DNA of 32,803 nt from an uncultured Planctomycetales bacterium (GTDB lineage: Bacteria; Omnitrophota; Gorgyraeia; Aquiviventales; Aquiviventaceae). The stretch is taken from the NCBI GenBank assembly GCA_964401235.1, contig CAYNXT010000002.1, forward strand, positions 1 through 32,803, given 5' to 3'. Position 1 is the first letter of the stretch. Each line of letters opens with the position of its first letter. A model generated the notes under the pieces. The model had not been told where the DNA came from. It did not search any database and worked only from the letters and a program-made list of their open reading frames with translations. This document shows, piece after piece, positions 32,421-32,803 of this stretch. Both the position numbers and the translations under genes were made by a program.

Positions 32421-32803
32421 ATGGGAAGGGACTTGCTCGAGTTGACCCCCCAGACCGTCCGCCCGCTGATTCGCCGTGCCCTGATAGAGGACGCGGCGTT
32501 CCGAGACGCCACGTCCAGGACCGTCATCCCTAAGGAGCTGCGCATCCGCGCCCGCATCGTGGCGAAATCCCGTGGTGTGTTGGCTGGCGTCAAGGTGGCA
32601 GCACTCACGTTCACCACGGTGGATTCATCGCTACACTGCCGCCTCCATCTGCACTCTGGGGCGAAGCTCGCTCCAGGCAGTTCAATTCTGACGATCGAAG
32701 GCTCAGCGCGCTCCATCTTCGCGGCCGAGCGCGTGGCGCTGAATCTGCTCGGGCACCTGTCCGGGATCGCGACCCTGACCGCAGAGTTTGCGCGGCGGGT
32801 CAG
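32421..32803 (+). CDS. nadC: Nicotinate-nucleotide (quinolinate) pyrophosphorylase, 5' partial
   Basis: Open to the window end. ALIEDAAFRDATS...AKSRGVLAG...ILTIEGSARSIFAAERVALNLL is the NadC N-terminal pattern. Confidence 0.85.
   Translation, partial: MGRDLLELTPQTVRPLIRRALIEDAAFRDATSRTVIPKELRIRARIVAKSRGVLAGVKVAALTFTTVDSSLHCRLHLHSGAKLAPGSSILTIEGSARSIFAAERVALNLLGHLSGIATLTAEFARRV

Overview
This is a GC-rich bacterial chromosomal window in which every convincing gene lies on the + strand. The TonB, LPS-heptose and NlpD-like genes suggest a diderm organism. All product calls rest on motifs I recognise by eye; no searches were run.

Most of the window is housekeeping:
- rpsU, a fused M16 peptidase, a MEMO-like gene, rmuC, aroQ, efp, accB and accC
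- a probable PPi-type phosphofructokinase, gmhA, an hldE-like adenylyltransferase and thiE
- tRNA-Gly(CCC), an nlpD-like lipoprotein, an AAA ATPase, a HIT protein and a dGTPase-like gene
- a UvrD-family helicase fused to a Cas4-like nuclease, gpsA, vapBC and tRNA-Pro(GGG)
- hom, thrC, an apgM-like gene, lysC, cimA, valS and the 5' end of nadC

Three things are not explained by ordinary annotation.

1. A family of heptanucleotide (7-nt period) tandem-repeat arrays, often arranged as inverted pairs that would fold into long hairpins. They occur in intergenic DNA at 22828 and 29550, and in looser form at 27828. They also occur inside coding sequence without breaking the frame: the 3' tail of cimA and four sites in the essential valS gene. 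Four arrays begin at a CTAG.
2. A roughly 470-nt non-coding, GC-rich stretch (20467-20940) made of two tandem long imperfect palindromes that share a ~28-nt motif.
3. Directly upstream of that stretch, an orphan pair of overlapping small ORFs (19832-20466) with an AT-rich upstream region and a strong Shine-Dalgarno sequence.

I see no CRISPR array, transposase, integrase or recognisable defence operon other than vapBC. The claim that anything here is a new system is inference only.
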